NCBI GenBank assembly: GCA_051866635.1
Contig: JBJDXJ010000052.1
Coordinates: forward strand, 30,440 to 94,439
Reading direction: 5' to 3'
DNA from: Clostridia bacterium
Lineage (GTDB): Bacteria; Bacillota; Clostridia; UMGS1883
DNA: 64,000 nt
Positions 18,277-28,214 of the stretch are shown here, piece after piece. The position numbers were made by a program, and so were the translations under genes. How positions within the stretch are numbered: the first letter of the stretch is position 1; every line of letters begins with the position of its first letter. The notes under the pieces are model-generated. The model was not told the origin of the DNA. It worked only from the letters and a program-made list of their open reading frames with translations, and did no database searches.

Positions 18277-18699
18277 ATGAGTAAGATTATATGCAATAAG
18301 TGCGGCGAAAAGATTAAAATTAACTCTGTTTTTTTGGAAACGGTGGGTTGTGAAAATTGCGGCAACCGTATTGATTTTTCGACTCTTGATGCTCTCAGCG
18401 GTGTGAGACAGGCTCTTATGTTAGGTGTATCAATTTTTCTTGGAATAGTGGGGCTTGTTTTTATGATTGCAAATGATATCAGCTTCAGCCAACTTCCGGC
18501 TGTTTTTGCAGATTTAAGTGCCGGGGCGGCAGGTATGCTTTTAATTTTCCTTTGCATAGTTGTACTTTTGGTAGGTCAACTGGAGAAGATGATTGGATGC
18601 CGTGTTTATGAAGATTGGCGTAAAAGGGAAGAAGAGCTTGAAAAAATTGCAGAAAAAAAGCGTGCTGAGGATGCAGCACGTGAGGCGGAAGAAAAGTAA
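18277..18699 (+). CDS. Hypothetical membrane protein with N-terminal Zn ribbon
   Basis: CNKC...CENC, two TM helices, charged coiled-coil tail; AGGAGGAG RBS before ATG 18277. Confidence 0.75.
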   Translation: MSKIICNKCGEKIKINSVFLETVGCENCGNRIDFSTLDALSGVRQALMLGVSIFLGIVGLVFMIANDISFSQLPAVFADLSAGAAGMLLIFLCIVVLLVGQLEKMIGCRVYEDWRKREEELEKIAEKKRAEDAAREAEEK

Positions 18700-18838
18700 T
18701 ACATAAAAAGAATTAAGCAGTGTGTCTAAATAGGCACCCTCTAAAAGGAATAAAGGCCAATGTCATTAAATTAATGAGCGTTTAAATAAAGATGTACTAT
18801 CTCAATTTATGGGTTTAAAGCTATAGAGGGGGACAGAA

Positions 18839-19924
18839 ATGAAAAAACATATTTTTAGAACTGTGATGATATTGGTTTTATTATGCATATGTATGTGCAT
18901 ATACTATTATTTTGATGTTATGGATACATATGTTGTAGCCACTGACATATATCTTGAAAGCAAGCCTGTGTGCAGAAATATCATTTATTTAACGGACACT
19001 TCTTGCTATAAAATTTACAACAGTGCTCTTTACAAGGATGATAAATTTATCACAGCTTTGAATAAGGACAGTTGTGGCATATTGAAAGATAAGCTTGGGC
19101 TGTATGTTTCCTACGGTGAAAGATTATACAAAATAAATGAGTATAACGGAGAAAGAGAAGTATTCTTTGATAAAATTTACCCCTTGTTTATGGATGAATC
19201 ATATATTTTTGCAATTTCTTCAGAAAATGCTGATTTTTTAAAAATAGATCGTAAGAATAAGTCTTTAGAAAATATTACTGAAATTTTTTCTGTTGAAAAT
19301 AATACCCCTGTAGCTTTAAAAACGCATGATGGCTACTCTTATGTGTTTTTAAGTGATAATGGTAATTCAACAGTAACTTCTGTTATAAACTCGCAGGGTA
19401 CGGTGTTATTCACGGATAGAAATCAGCAATTGTCTGAAAATACGGTATTGTATTATGACGAAAATAAAGCCATATATACCGATATAGATAGGGTACATAT
19501 CAAGGTATTTGATTTCGAGACCCAAAAAACAAAGCAATTTGAAATCAAAGAAGGTTATTGTTACAGACCGGGAAGAACTTTTGTTCACAACAATCTCATT
19601 TATTTTGCTTTGGAGAAGTATACACCCTCTACAAAAAGAACAGAACGTTATCATGACAATGATATTATCTGCATGTTTAATGTTGATATGTTGACAAGTG
19701 AAATTGTTTTTGAAACGCCCGACCATATCGTTGGATTTGACACGAGCTTAGCATGGACATATGATGGATTTCACAAAATAGAAAAAGTGAATTATTTAAA
19801 AAATAGAGTACTAAATAGGGAATTCATTAAAAATAGATTTGAAAGTATTGAATTTCATACTCAGAACGGGCATGTGATAGTCACAAATCCTATGTCAAAT
19901 GAAATAGTATCAATTTTCAAGTAA
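18839..19924 (+). CDS. Hypothetical membrane-anchored protein (beta-rich, AT-rich gene)
   Basis: 361-aa ORF with GAGGGGG RBS and N-terminal hydrophobic segment; no recognisable motif. Confidence 0.65.
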   Translation: MKKHIFRTVMILVLLCICMCIYYYFDVMDTYVVATDIYLESKPVCRNIIYLTDTSCYKIYNSALYKDDKFITALNKDSCGILKDKLGLYVSYGERLYKINEYNGEREVFFDKIYPLFMDESYIFAISSENADFLKIDRKNKSLENITEIFSVENNTPVALKTHDGYSYVFLSDNGNSTVTSVINSQGTVLFTDRNQQLSENTVLYYDENKAIYTDIDRVHIKVFDFETQKTKQFEIKEGYCYRPGRTFVHNNLIYFALEKYTPSTKRTERYHDNDIICMFNVDMLTSEIVFETPDHIVGFDTSLAWTYDGFHKIEKVNYLKNRVLNREFIKNRFESIEFHTQNGHVIVTNPMSNEIVSIFK

Positions 19925-20002
19925 GAATGTCCCCATCTGCAAGTTGTTTATACAAATTTTTCAATCTGTCATTTGCTATGCCAAATTTTAAAACAGTAAC
20001 GA

Positions 20003-20039
20003 AAAAGAGTTTGAAATCTTTAAGACTTCAAACTCTTTT
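20003..20039. terminator. Bidirectional terminator hairpin
   Basis: AAAAGAGTTTGAA...TTCAAACTCTTTT between convergent genes. Confidence 0.7.
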
Positions 20040-20099
20040 ATCGTTTTACACATTTCAATACCTTTTTAAACTTAACGAAATTGGCAGAAAGACTACTTT

Positions 20100-21086
20100 T
20101 TATTGTAATAAATCCTTTTTTGTAAGGAATTTGCCGGTTCCTCTTGCCACGGAGGAAATTGGGTCCTCAGAAATATTGACCTTTATGCCCGTAGCGGAAG
20201 AAATGAGCTTATCAAAGCCGTAAAGCATACTACCGCCGCCCGTTAAAGTAATGCCTGAATCGGAAATATCACCTGCAAGCTCGGGAGGAGTTTTTTCCAA
20301 AACATCACGTATTGCTTCGATAATGGCACTGACAGGTTCATTTAAAGCCTCCATAATTTCTTCAGATGAAACAAGCATACTTTGAGGCAAACCTGAAACA
20401 AGGCTTCTGCCTTTTATTTCGGTTGTAAGAGACTGGGGCCTTTCAGAAACGCATCCGATTTCCTTTTTTACAGATTCTGCGGTTTTTTCACCGATAATAA
20501 TGGCAAACTTCTTTCGTACATACTTAATTATGGCATCGTCAAAACGGTCACCCGCAATTTTAAGTGAACTTGAAGATACAATACCGTTCATTGATATAAC
20601 GGCAATATCAGTTACACCGCCGCCTATGTTTATAACCATGCGACCCGAAGGACGTGAAATGTCAATGCCTTCACCGATTGCTGCGGCGATGGGGGAGGTG
20701 ACAATATGAACCTTTCCCGCACCGCTACGCATAAGTGCATCCTGTACGGCTCTCTTTTCAACCTCGGTTGCACCGCCGGGAACGGAAACGACAACTCTGG
20801 GCTTTATAATGTTTTTTGAACAAACCTTTTTTATAAACACAGAAAGCATTTCTTCTGTTGCTTTATAGTCAGCAATAACACCGTCACGCATGGGACGAAC
20901 GGCAACAATACCGACAGGTGTTCTGCCAAGCATTGTTTCGGATGCCTGACCTACGGCATGTATTTTTTTACTTGAACGGTAAATTGTAACTATAGACGGT
21001 TCTCGCAGGACGATACCTTTTTTGGTGGAAATAAGTACACTTGATGTTCCCAAATCAATACCGATTTCGTGAACATGGTTAAACAT
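20100..21086 (-). CDS. MreB/Mbl-family actin-like protein (divergent paralog)
   Basis: IGIDLGT, RPMRDGVIAD, TEVEKRAV, IGEKTAE, TPPELAGDI, LTGGG. Confidence 0.9.
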   Translation of the reverse strand: MFNHVHEIGIDLGTSSVLISTKKGIVLREPSIVTIYRSSKKIHAVGQASETMLGRTPVGIVAVRPMRDGVIADYKATEEMLSVFIKKVCSKNIIKPRVVVSVPGGATEVEKRAVQDALMRSGAGKVHIVTSPIAAAIGEGIDISRPSGRMVINIGGGVTDIAVISMNGIVSSSSLKIAGDRFDDAIIKYVRKKFAIIIGEKTAESVKKEIGCVSERPQSLTTEIKGRSLVSGLPQSMLVSSEEIMEALNEPVSAIIEAIRDVLEKTPPELAGDISDSGITLTGGGSMLYGFDKLISSATGIKVNISEDPISSVARGTGKFLTKKDLLQ

Positions 21087-21307
21087 ATTCTATCACCGTC
21101 CTTTTTATAAGATTTAGTCCTTAATAAATTTATAATATCAAAAAAATGCCAATAAATCAATGCCTTTTTTACATTATAGGAAAGAAATACTGTACAATTG
21201 TCAATAATGGGTGACACTTTGTTCTATATTTTGCACCACTTGACAAAATATTATGTTTAGTGTAATATGTAAAAGAATATTTGTATGTAAAGGATTTGAT
21301 AGTTTTT

Positions 21308-22582
21308 ATGGACAGTAACAGTAGCCTATGGATTGTACTTATTATTCTCATAGCAATATCTGCATATTTTTCTGCAAGTGAAACAGCATTCACTTCTTAC
21401 AACCGTGCAAAAATGAAAAATCATGCACAAAACGGCAATAAGAAGGCAACTATATCATTGAAGTTATCTGATAACTTTGACAAACTTATATCAACACTTC
21501 TTATAGGCAATAATATTGTTAATATTTCAGCGTCTACCATATCAACACTTGTTTTTGCAAACATTATTGATGACCCTGCTCTTTCAGCAACTGTTTCTAC
21601 AGTTTTTATGACGCTTACGGTACTTATTTTCGGCGAAATCACTCCAAAATCTGTGGCAAAGCAGGCACCTGAAGCAGTTGCTATGTTTTCAGCCTCGGTT
21701 TTAAATGCACTGAACATAATACTTTCTCCTTTAAGCTTTGTGTTTATTCATTGGCAAAAGTTAATAACCAAGATATTCAAGCTTGGCGAAGGTGATGTAA
21801 TTACCGAAGATGAGCTTCTTACAATTGTTGACGAAGCACAACAGGATGGCGGTATCAACAGTCAGGAAAGTGAGCTTATAAAGAACGCTATTGAGTTTAA
21901 TGATATAGAAGTTGACGAAGTGCTTACGCCGCGTGTTGACGTTGTTGCCATTGACGTTGAGTGGGATAAGGAAAAAATAGCGGAAGTTTTTGATGAATCG
22001 GGGTTTTCAAGGCTTCCCGTGTATCAGGACACTATAGACAATATAATAGGCGTGTTGAATCACCGTGACTTTGTAACAGAGGAAAAGAACGAAATATTCA
22101 GAATTGAAAACGCAATCAAACCCGTTAAGTTTATATTCTCAACTATGAAAATTTCAAAGCTTTTGAGATTACTGCAAAAAACACAATCTCACCTTGTTGT
22201 TGTAACCGACGAATACGGCGGCACGGAAGGTATAGTAACTCTTGAAGATATAATTGAAGCATTAGTCGGTGAAATCTGGGATGAATATGACAATGTTTCA
22301 ACAGAAGAATTTGAAAAAATTTCAGATAACGTATACAAAGTTAACGGTTCTGCATCTTTGGAGGACATGTTTGAGTTTTTCTCTATAGCCTTTGACGAAG
22401 AAGAAAATGACGATATTAATACTGTAGGCGGTTTTGTTACGGCACAGCTTGAAAAAATCCCGGATGTGGGTGATAGCTTTGAGTACGAACATTTAAAATT
22501 CACTGTAACATCTACCGATTCAGCCAGAGTTTTAAGCGTACTTGTAAAAGTTGGCGAACGGGAAAAGAAGGATGAAAATTAG
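21308..22582 (+). CDS. HlyC/CorC-family (CNNM + CBS + CorC) transporter
   Basis: FSASETAF, LIGNNIVN, FGEITPK, FSRLPVY, DEYGGTEGIVTLEDIIE. Confidence 0.93.
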   Translation: MDSNSSLWIVLIILIAISAYFSASETAFTSYNRAKMKNHAQNGNKKATISLKLSDNFDKLISTLLIGNNIVNISASTISTLVFANIIDDPALSATVSTVFMTLTVLIFGEITPKSVAKQAPEAVAMFSASVLNALNIILSPLSFVFIHWQKLITKIFKLGEGDVITEDELLTIVDEAQQDGGINSQESELIKNAIEFNDIEVDEVLTPRVDVVAIDVEWDKEKIAEVFDESGFSRLPVYQDTIDNIIGVLNHRDFVTEEKNEIFRIENAIKPVKFIFSTMKISKLLRLLQKTQSHLVVVTDEYGGTEGIVTLEDIIEALVGEIWDEYDNVSTEEFEKISDNVYKVNGSASLEDMFEFFSIAFDEEENDDINTVGGFVTAQLEKIPDVGDSFEYEHLKFTVTSTDSARVLSVLVKVGEREKKDEN

Positions 22583-22593
22583 TATAAATACAG

Positions 22594-22619
22594 AAAAGCG
22601 GCTTTCGGGTCGCTTTTTC
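22594..22619 (+). terminator. Intrinsic terminator
   Basis: AAAAGCGGC-TTTCGG-GTCGCTTTTT. Confidence 0.7.
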
Positions 22620-22698
22620 TGATATAATAAAAAAATGTATTGATTTTTTATTATATTTATATTAAAATACACTAGATAGGTTTTACGACCACGAAAGG

Positions 22699-23901
22699 AT
22701 GATGACAATGTACGTATCTAAGAAATTTTCTTCAATCAGCCCTTCCGCAACATTGGCTATTGACTCCAAGTTCAAGGCAATGAAGGCGGTAGGTATGGAT
22801 GTTGTAGGTTTTGGTGCAGGAGAACCTGATTTTCCCACACCTCGTCATATTAAGGATGCAGCAATCCATGCTATTGAAAATAATATGACAACATACACAC
22901 CCGCTTCCGGTACAGTTGATGTCAAGAAGGCTATATGCGAAAAGTTTCTGCGTGAGAACGGTTTGGAATACAATGTTGAGAACATTGTTGTATCCAACGG
23001 TGCAAAACATTCTTTAAACAATGCATTAGGCACAGTTCTTAATCCCGGCGACGAAGTTATTATACCTGCTCCATGTTGGGTAAGCTATCCCGAAATGGTT
23101 CTTCTTGCAGACGGTGTTCCCGTAATAGTTAATTCCACTGAAGAAGAGGGCTTCCTTCCTTCTCTGGAAAAAATTGAAAAAGCTATAACAGATAAAACGA
23201 GAGCTATTATCATAAACAATCCTTCTAACCCCACAGGTATGTGCTATCCTGAAGATGTTCTTCGTAAGATTGCAGATATCTGCGTTAAGAATAATATTTA
23301 TATTATCGCTGATGAAATTTACGAAAGCCTCGTTTATGACGGAAAAAAGAATTTTTCCATTGCAACAATAAGTGAAGAAGTTAAGGATATAACAATCGTT
23401 GTTAACGGCGTTTCCAAGACTTATGCAATGACGGGATGGAGAATCGGTTACACAGCTTCCAATGCAAAGCTTGCAAAGATTATGGGCAATGTTCAGTCTC
23501 ATGCAACATCTAACCCCAACTCTATAGCACAGTTTGCAACTGTTGCCGCACTTACAGGTACACAGGAACCTGTTGGAGAAATGAAGAGTGCATTTGAAGA
23601 ACGCAGAAACCATATGGTTGAAAGAATGAACAGTATTGACGGTGTAAGTTGTATTATGCCAGACGGTGCTTTTTATGTTATGATGAACATTTCAAAGATT
23701 ATCGGCAAGAAGATTGACGGCGTAGAAATTACAGGCAGTGATGTTTTTGCTGAAAAGTTCCTTGAAGTTGAAAAGGTTGCAGTAGTTCCCGGTAAGAGCT
23801 TCGGAACAGATATACACGTAAGATGGAGCTATGCTACAAGTATGGAAAATATAGACAAGGGTCTTGACAGACTTCAGTCTTTTATTTCAAAGCTTAACTA
23901 A
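22699..23901 (+). CDS. Class I PLP-dependent (aspartate) aminotransferase
   Basis: GAGEPDF, NNPSNPTG, DEIY, GVSKTYAMTGWRIGY. Confidence 0.93.
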   Translation: MMTMYVSKKFSSISPSATLAIDSKFKAMKAVGMDVVGFGAGEPDFPTPRHIKDAAIHAIENNMTTYTPASGTVDVKKAICEKFLRENGLEYNVENIVVSNGAKHSLNNALGTVLNPGDEVIIPAPCWVSYPEMVLLADGVPVIVNSTEEEGFLPSLEKIEKAITDKTRAIIINNPSNPTGMCYPEDVLRKIADICVKNNIYIIADEIYESLVYDGKKNFSIATISEEVKDITIVVNGVSKTYAMTGWRIGYTASNAKLAKIMGNVQSHATSNPNSIAQFATVAALTGTQEPVGEMKSAFEERRNHMVERMNSIDGVSCIMPDGAFYVMMNISKIIGKKIDGVEITGSDVFAEKFLEVEKVAVVPGKSFGTDIHVRWSYATSMENIDKGLDRLQSFISKLN

Positions 23902-23925
23902 CATATAAAAGAAAGGGAGAGAAAA

Positions 23926-24726
23926 ATGAAATTAGGTGTCATAGGTGCAGGTAACATGTCTTCTGCTATTTTGCAAGGAGTTATTAAAGCAGGTGCCTTT
24001 AAAGTAGAAGATATATATGTAAGTGAAATTTTAGAAGATAAATTAGAGAAAGCCGCAAATTGGGGTGTTCATACAACGACATCTGCCCGTGAAGTTGTTG
24101 AAAAAAGCGATTACATTATGTTTGGTGTAAAGCCTAATGTGATCCTTAAGGTTATGGATGAAGTTAAAGACCTTGTTGCTGACAAAGTTGTTATTTCCAT
24201 TGCGGCAGGCATAAGTGTTGAAAGCATGAAAAACGTACTTGGCAATGCGGCAAAAGTTGTAAGAACTATGCCCAATGTACCTGCCCTTGTAGGCGAAGGC
24301 ATGACAGCGGTATGTAAGACTAATGATGTAAGCGGACAGGAAATGCAGGTTGTGCTTGATATTTTCAATTCCATCGGCAAAACAGCCGTTTTACCTGAAA
24401 CACTTATTAATACTGCTACAGCTACAAATGGTAGCGGACCGGCGTATGTGTTTATGATGATTGAAGCTATGGCAGATGCTGCAGTGCTTCACGGTATCCC
24501 TCGTGATACTGCATATCTTCTTGTTTCACAGACCATCTTAGGTGCCGCAAAACTTGCACAGGAAACAGGCACTCATCCGGGTCAGTTGAAGGATATGGTT
24601 TGTTCACCCGGTGGTACAGCTATTGAAGCGGTATATCAGCTTGAGCTGGACGGTTTCAGAGCATCTCTTATCAACGCTATTGACCGCTGTGTAAAGAAAG
24701 CTAACAGTATGGGTGAAAAGAAGTAA
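23926..24726 (+). CDS. proC: Pyrroline-5-carboxylate reductase
   Basis: IGAGNM, VKP, SIAAG, RTMPN, GSGPAY, VCSPGGT. Confidence 0.96.
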   Translation: MKLGVIGAGNMSSAILQGVIKAGAFKVEDIYVSEILEDKLEKAANWGVHTTTSAREVVEKSDYIMFGVKPNVILKVMDEVKDLVADKVVISIAAGISVESMKNVLGNAAKVVRTMPNVPALVGEGMTAVCKTNDVSGQEMQVVLDIFNSIGKTAVLPETLINTATATNGSGPAYVFMMIEAMADAAVLHGIPRDTAYLLVSQTILGAAKLAQETGTHPGQLKDMVCSPGGTAIEAVYQLELDGFRASLINAIDRCVKKANSMGEKK

Positions 24727-24740
24727 TAAGGAACAAGCAT

Positions 24741-24769
24741 TCATAAATCCCCCTTTTTAATCATAGATT
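24741..24769 (+). promoter_or_regulatory. sigma-E-like promoter for the spoIIM-like gene, embedded in the proC terminator hairpin (24746-24799)
   Basis: TCATAA...CATAGATT; hairpin AAATCCCCCTTTTTAATC...GATTAAACGGGGGGATTT plus T tract. Confidence 0.5.
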
Positions 24770-24797
24770 TAACTATGGATTAAACGGGGGGATTTTT

Positions 24798-25340
24798 TTG
24801 CGGATAACTGATGCAAGACGGGATAGAAATTCAATTCTTTTAATTTTGGCATTTGTGTTTACAACGGGAGTGGTGTTGGGTTCGGTTGCTTTTCTTTGTA
24901 TGGATAAAGACATTTTAAATGCGATAAATGTGGGGATAAACACAAATTTTCACGACACTGATTTTATGACGACATATAAAGAGAGCTTCATGGTGGAAAT
25001 TCTTTGGGCAGGACTGGCTTTTTTGATTGGACAGATTGGTTTTTTAGTGCCTTTATCATCATCGGTGTTGGCAGTACGTGGTTTTGTGCTAGGGTTTACG
25101 GTTTCCTTTGTTTTTGCCACGAGCGATAATTGTTTTAAAATACTTCTTAAAACCATCGTTCCCCAGTGTCTTTTTGGAATACCGCTGTTGACTTTTATTA
25201 CCGTTTTTAACATTTTATGTTTTTTGGAAAATAAAAGAGGAAAAAGTACATACTGGAGCTGTGTTTGGCTAAGTGCTGTTACTTTTTTCGGGGCGGCACT
25301 TGTCGCCCTTGCCCAGACGGCAGCAACAAGGTTTTTATAA
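24798..25340 (+). CDS. Stage II sporulation protein M-like membrane protein
   Basis: Multi-TM protein with RGFVLGFTV and IVPQ motifs; immediately upstream of xerD, the usual spoIIM position. Confidence 0.65.
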   Translation: MRITDARRDRNSILLILAFVFTTGVVLGSVAFLCMDKDILNAINVGINTNFHDTDFMTTYKESFMVEILWAGLAFLIGQIGFLVPLSSSVLAVRGFVLGFTVSFVFATSDNCFKILLKTIVPQCLFGIPLLTFITVFNILCFLENKRGKSTYWSCVWLSAVTFFGAALVALAQTAATRFL

Positions 25341-25425
25341 AAAATAAATAAAATGAAAAGCTTAATTTTTGTTATTTTGCCGATGTACTTTTTTAATTGT
25401 TTGGTGTAGAATTACTAAGTAGGAG

Positions 25426-26313
25426 GTGACAGAAGTGAAAGCATTTTTAAAGGAATATGAAAGCTTTTTAAAAGAAACATTGTCTGAGAATACAGTCTCT
25501 TCGTATATGGGAGATATTTACAAATTTACAAGTGAAATGAATCTTAAAAAACCAAAAGAACTTTCTAAAGTTACAAAAACACAGCTTGAAGAATATATCA
25601 TTCTTTTAAAAAGTCGTGGCAATGCCTATTCTTCAATATCAAGGACGATAGCTTCTCTTAAAAAATTTTATGGCTATTGCGTGGATAGAGGGATTGTTCA
25701 CGATAATATTGCCTTTAATATGGAAACACCAAAACAAAAAAGGAAGCTTCCGGACACGTTGTCTATGGGGGATGTTGAAAAGCTTCTGAACTCACCTAAG
25801 GGAGACAGTGTAAAAGGTATGCGTGATAAGGCAATGCTTGAGGTTATGTATGCAACAGGTGCCAGAGTCAGCGAACTGATAAGCCTTAAGGTAAGCGATG
25901 TCAGCTTGAAAAACGAAATGGTAATGCTGTCTTCAGGAAAAAATCACAGATTTGTTCCGATAGGAAAGATTGCATCAAATGCTGTTGTTGATTATTTGCG
26001 TTTCTCCCGAAAAGAAATTCATCATTCAAATGAAAGCGATGTTCTGTTTCTGAACTTTTACGGTAACCCTCTTACAAGACAGGGGTTCTGGAAAATTGTG
26101 AAATATTATATAAATAAATCAGGTATAAAAGGAAACATTACTCCACAAACCTTAAGGCACAGTTTTGCACTTCACCTTCTGACAAACGGAGCTGATATGG
26201 ATTCTGTCTCAGAAATGCTCGGATACAGTGACAGTACATCAGCTAAGATTTATATTGAGGTTATGAATAACAAAATTAAAGAGGTGTATCGTAAAGCACA
26301 CCCAAGGGCATAA
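25426..26313 (+). CDS. xerD: XerD/RipX-like tyrosine recombinase with degenerate catalytic motifs
   Basis: RDKAMLEVMYATGARVSEL, LTRQGFWK, TLRHSFA, C-terminal KAHPRA; spoIIM-xerD synteny. Confidence 0.82.
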   Translation: MTEVKAFLKEYESFLKETLSENTVSSYMGDIYKFTSEMNLKKPKELSKVTKTQLEEYIILLKSRGNAYSSISRTIASLKKFYGYCVDRGIVHDNIAFNMETPKQKRKLPDTLSMGDVEKLLNSPKGDSVKGMRDKAMLEVMYATGARVSELISLKVSDVSLKNEMVMLSSGKNHRFVPIGKIASNAVVDYLRFSRKEIHHSNESDVLFLNFYGNPLTRQGFWKIVKYYINKSGIKGNITPQTLRHSFALHLLTNGADMDSVSEMLGYSDSTSAKIYIEVMNNKIKEVYRKAHPRA

Positions 26314-26402
26314 AATCCGCACTGTTGCGGATTTTTTGTATTTTGTAGACATATGGGATTAAGTGTGATACAATATACACAGTACATTTCAAGGAGATAG
26401 TT

Positions 26403-27611
26403 ATGCGTACAATTTTACATTGTGATTGTAATTCTTTTTTTGCATCAGTGGAAAGTATGTACAATCCCGAGTTAAAAAATATACCTATGGCTGTGGGCGG
26501 CAGTGAAGAAAGCCGTAAAGGTATCATACTGGCGAAAAACGAAGCCGCAAAGAAATACGGCGTAGTTACGGCAGAGACTATATGGTCTGCCAAGAAAAAA
26601 TGCCCTCAGCTTGTGGTGGTTAGCCCACATTACGACAGATATGTTGCCGTTTCCGAAAAGGTTAATGAAATATATAAAGAATACAGCGAGTTTGTAGAGC
26701 CTTTTGGCATTGATGAATCATGGATTGATGTAACTGATGTAAAGGAGCTTTTCGGCGATGGAAAAACAATAGCAGATACTATACGAAAAAGGGTACGGGA
26801 AGAAATTGGCATAACTGTTTCTGTGGGGGTAAGCTTTACAAAGTCTTTCGCAAAATTAGGCAGTGACTATAAAAAGCCCGATGCCACCACTGTTATAGAT
26901 CGTGATGATGTTGAAACAATTGTATACCCGCAGAATTTAAACTGCCTTCTTTTTGCAGGGGAGAAAATATGTGCAGAATTTAATAAGTACGGTATTGTAA
27001 CGATAGGTGATCTTGCACGGTGCGATAAAAGTTTTATCGAAAAGCACTTTGGTAAAAACGGGATGCTTTTGTATAATTATGCAAAGGGAAACGATGAAGA
27101 TAAGGTACATAGTGTATACGACAAGGAAGAAATAAAATCCGTTGGCAATTCCTACACTTTTCCATATGATTTGACAGATAAAGATGATATAAGTCATGCT
27201 TTTACATGGCTTAGCGATGTTGTTTCAGGCAGAATGAGGAAATTGAAAGTAAGATGCAGTGTGGTTGGTATTACAATTAAGGATGAAAACTTTAAAACCA
27301 TAAATAGACAGATGACAATTTCCAATCCCACAAATCACAGAAAGGATTTGAAAAAGTATGCTATGGACTTATTTTTAGAGGTGTGGAAAGGCAATAACGG
27401 GATAAGGCTTTTGGGAATAACAGGGTCTAATTTAATCCGTGATGGGGAAGAACAAACGTCACTTTTTAGCTTTGGCGAAGATGAAAAGAAAGAAAAACTT
27501 GAGACAGCTATTGATTCGATACGTGAAAAATTCGGTACAAATGCTGTGAAAATAGCATCAAGTGACAAATTTAACTCAAAATATGCTTCCGATGATAAAG
27601 AAAACAACTAA
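26403..27611 (+). CDS. dinB: DNA polymerase IV (Y-family)
   Basis: HCDCNSFFASVE, GIDESWID, AKLGSDYKKPD. Confidence 0.95.
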   Translation: MRTILHCDCNSFFASVESMYNPELKNIPMAVGGSEESRKGIILAKNEAAKKYGVVTAETIWSAKKKCPQLVVVSPHYDRYVAVSEKVNEIYKEYSEFVEPFGIDESWIDVTDVKELFGDGKTIADTIRKRVREEIGITVSVGVSFTKSFAKLGSDYKKPDATTVIDRDDVETIVYPQNLNCLLFAGEKICAEFNKYGIVTIGDLARCDKSFIEKHFGKNGMLLYNYAKGNDEDKVHSVYDKEEIKSVGNSYTFPYDLTDKDDISHAFTWLSDVVSGRMRKLKVRCSVVGITIKDENFKTINRQMTISNPTNHRKDLKKYAMDLFLEVWKGNNGIRLLGITGSNLIRDGEEQTSLFSFGEDEKKEKLETAIDSIREKFGTNAVKIASSDKFNSKYASDDKENN

Positions 27612-27627
27612 ACTTAGTGGATTGCTA

Positions 27628-27657
27628 TTGACATAAAACACCTATTTTTGATAAAAT
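27628..27657 (+). promoter_or_regulatory. sigma-A promoter of the pur operon
   Basis: TTGACA-18-TAAAAT with TG extension. Confidence 0.6.
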
Positions 27658-27692
27658 AAGATGAATATTTTTAAAAGAAATGAGGACTTGGT

Positions 27693-28196
27693 ATGAAGAC
27701 TCCTAAAGTAGCCCTTATAATGGGTAGCGACTCTGACTTTGAAGCAGTTAAGCCTTGTATAAAAAGACTTAAAAGTTTCGGCATTGAAACAGTTGTGCGT
27801 GTTTTATCAGCACACAGAACACCTGAGGAATCTAAAGAATTTGCTACAAATGCAGAGGCAAACGGTTTTGACTGCATTATTGCGGCGGCAGGAAAGGCTG
27901 CACATCTTCCCGGTGTGCTTGCGGCATTTACAACGCTTCCGGTAATAGGTATTCCGATTAAGTCCTCCACTATGGACGGGATGGATTCTTTATTTTCAAT
28001 CGTTCAGATGCCTCCGGGAATTCCCGTGGCAACAGTTGCAATTAACGGTAGCGATAATGCCGCTATACTTGCGTGCCAAATTCTTTCTCTCCGATATGAA
28101 GAATTAGGCGAGAAATTAAAGGAATTAAAAGTCCAAATGCGTGCAAAGGTTCTGGAAAAGGATGCAAAAATTCAGGCTCTTGCCGATGAGATATAA
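27693..28196 (+). CDS. purE: N5-CAIR mutase
   Basis: MGSDSD, SAHRTP, AAHLPG, QMPPGIPVATV. Confidence 0.97.
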   Translation: MKTPKVALIMGSDSDFEAVKPCIKRLKSFGIETVVRVLSAHRTPEESKEFATNAEANGFDCIIAAAGKAAHLPGVLAAFTTLPVIGIPIKSSTMDGMDSLFSIVQMPPGIPVATVAINGSDNAAILACQILSLRYEELGEKLKELKVQMRAKVLEKDAKIQALADEI

Positions 28197-28214
28197 AAGA
28201 GAGGAAAGATTAAG

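Noticed and set aside
26313-26403. LexA box upstream of dinB
   Set aside because: No GAAC-N4-GTTC match found.
27611-27693. Purine or ZTP riboswitch ahead of the pur operon
   Set aside because: Only about 35 nt between the promoter and purE; no aptamer motifs.
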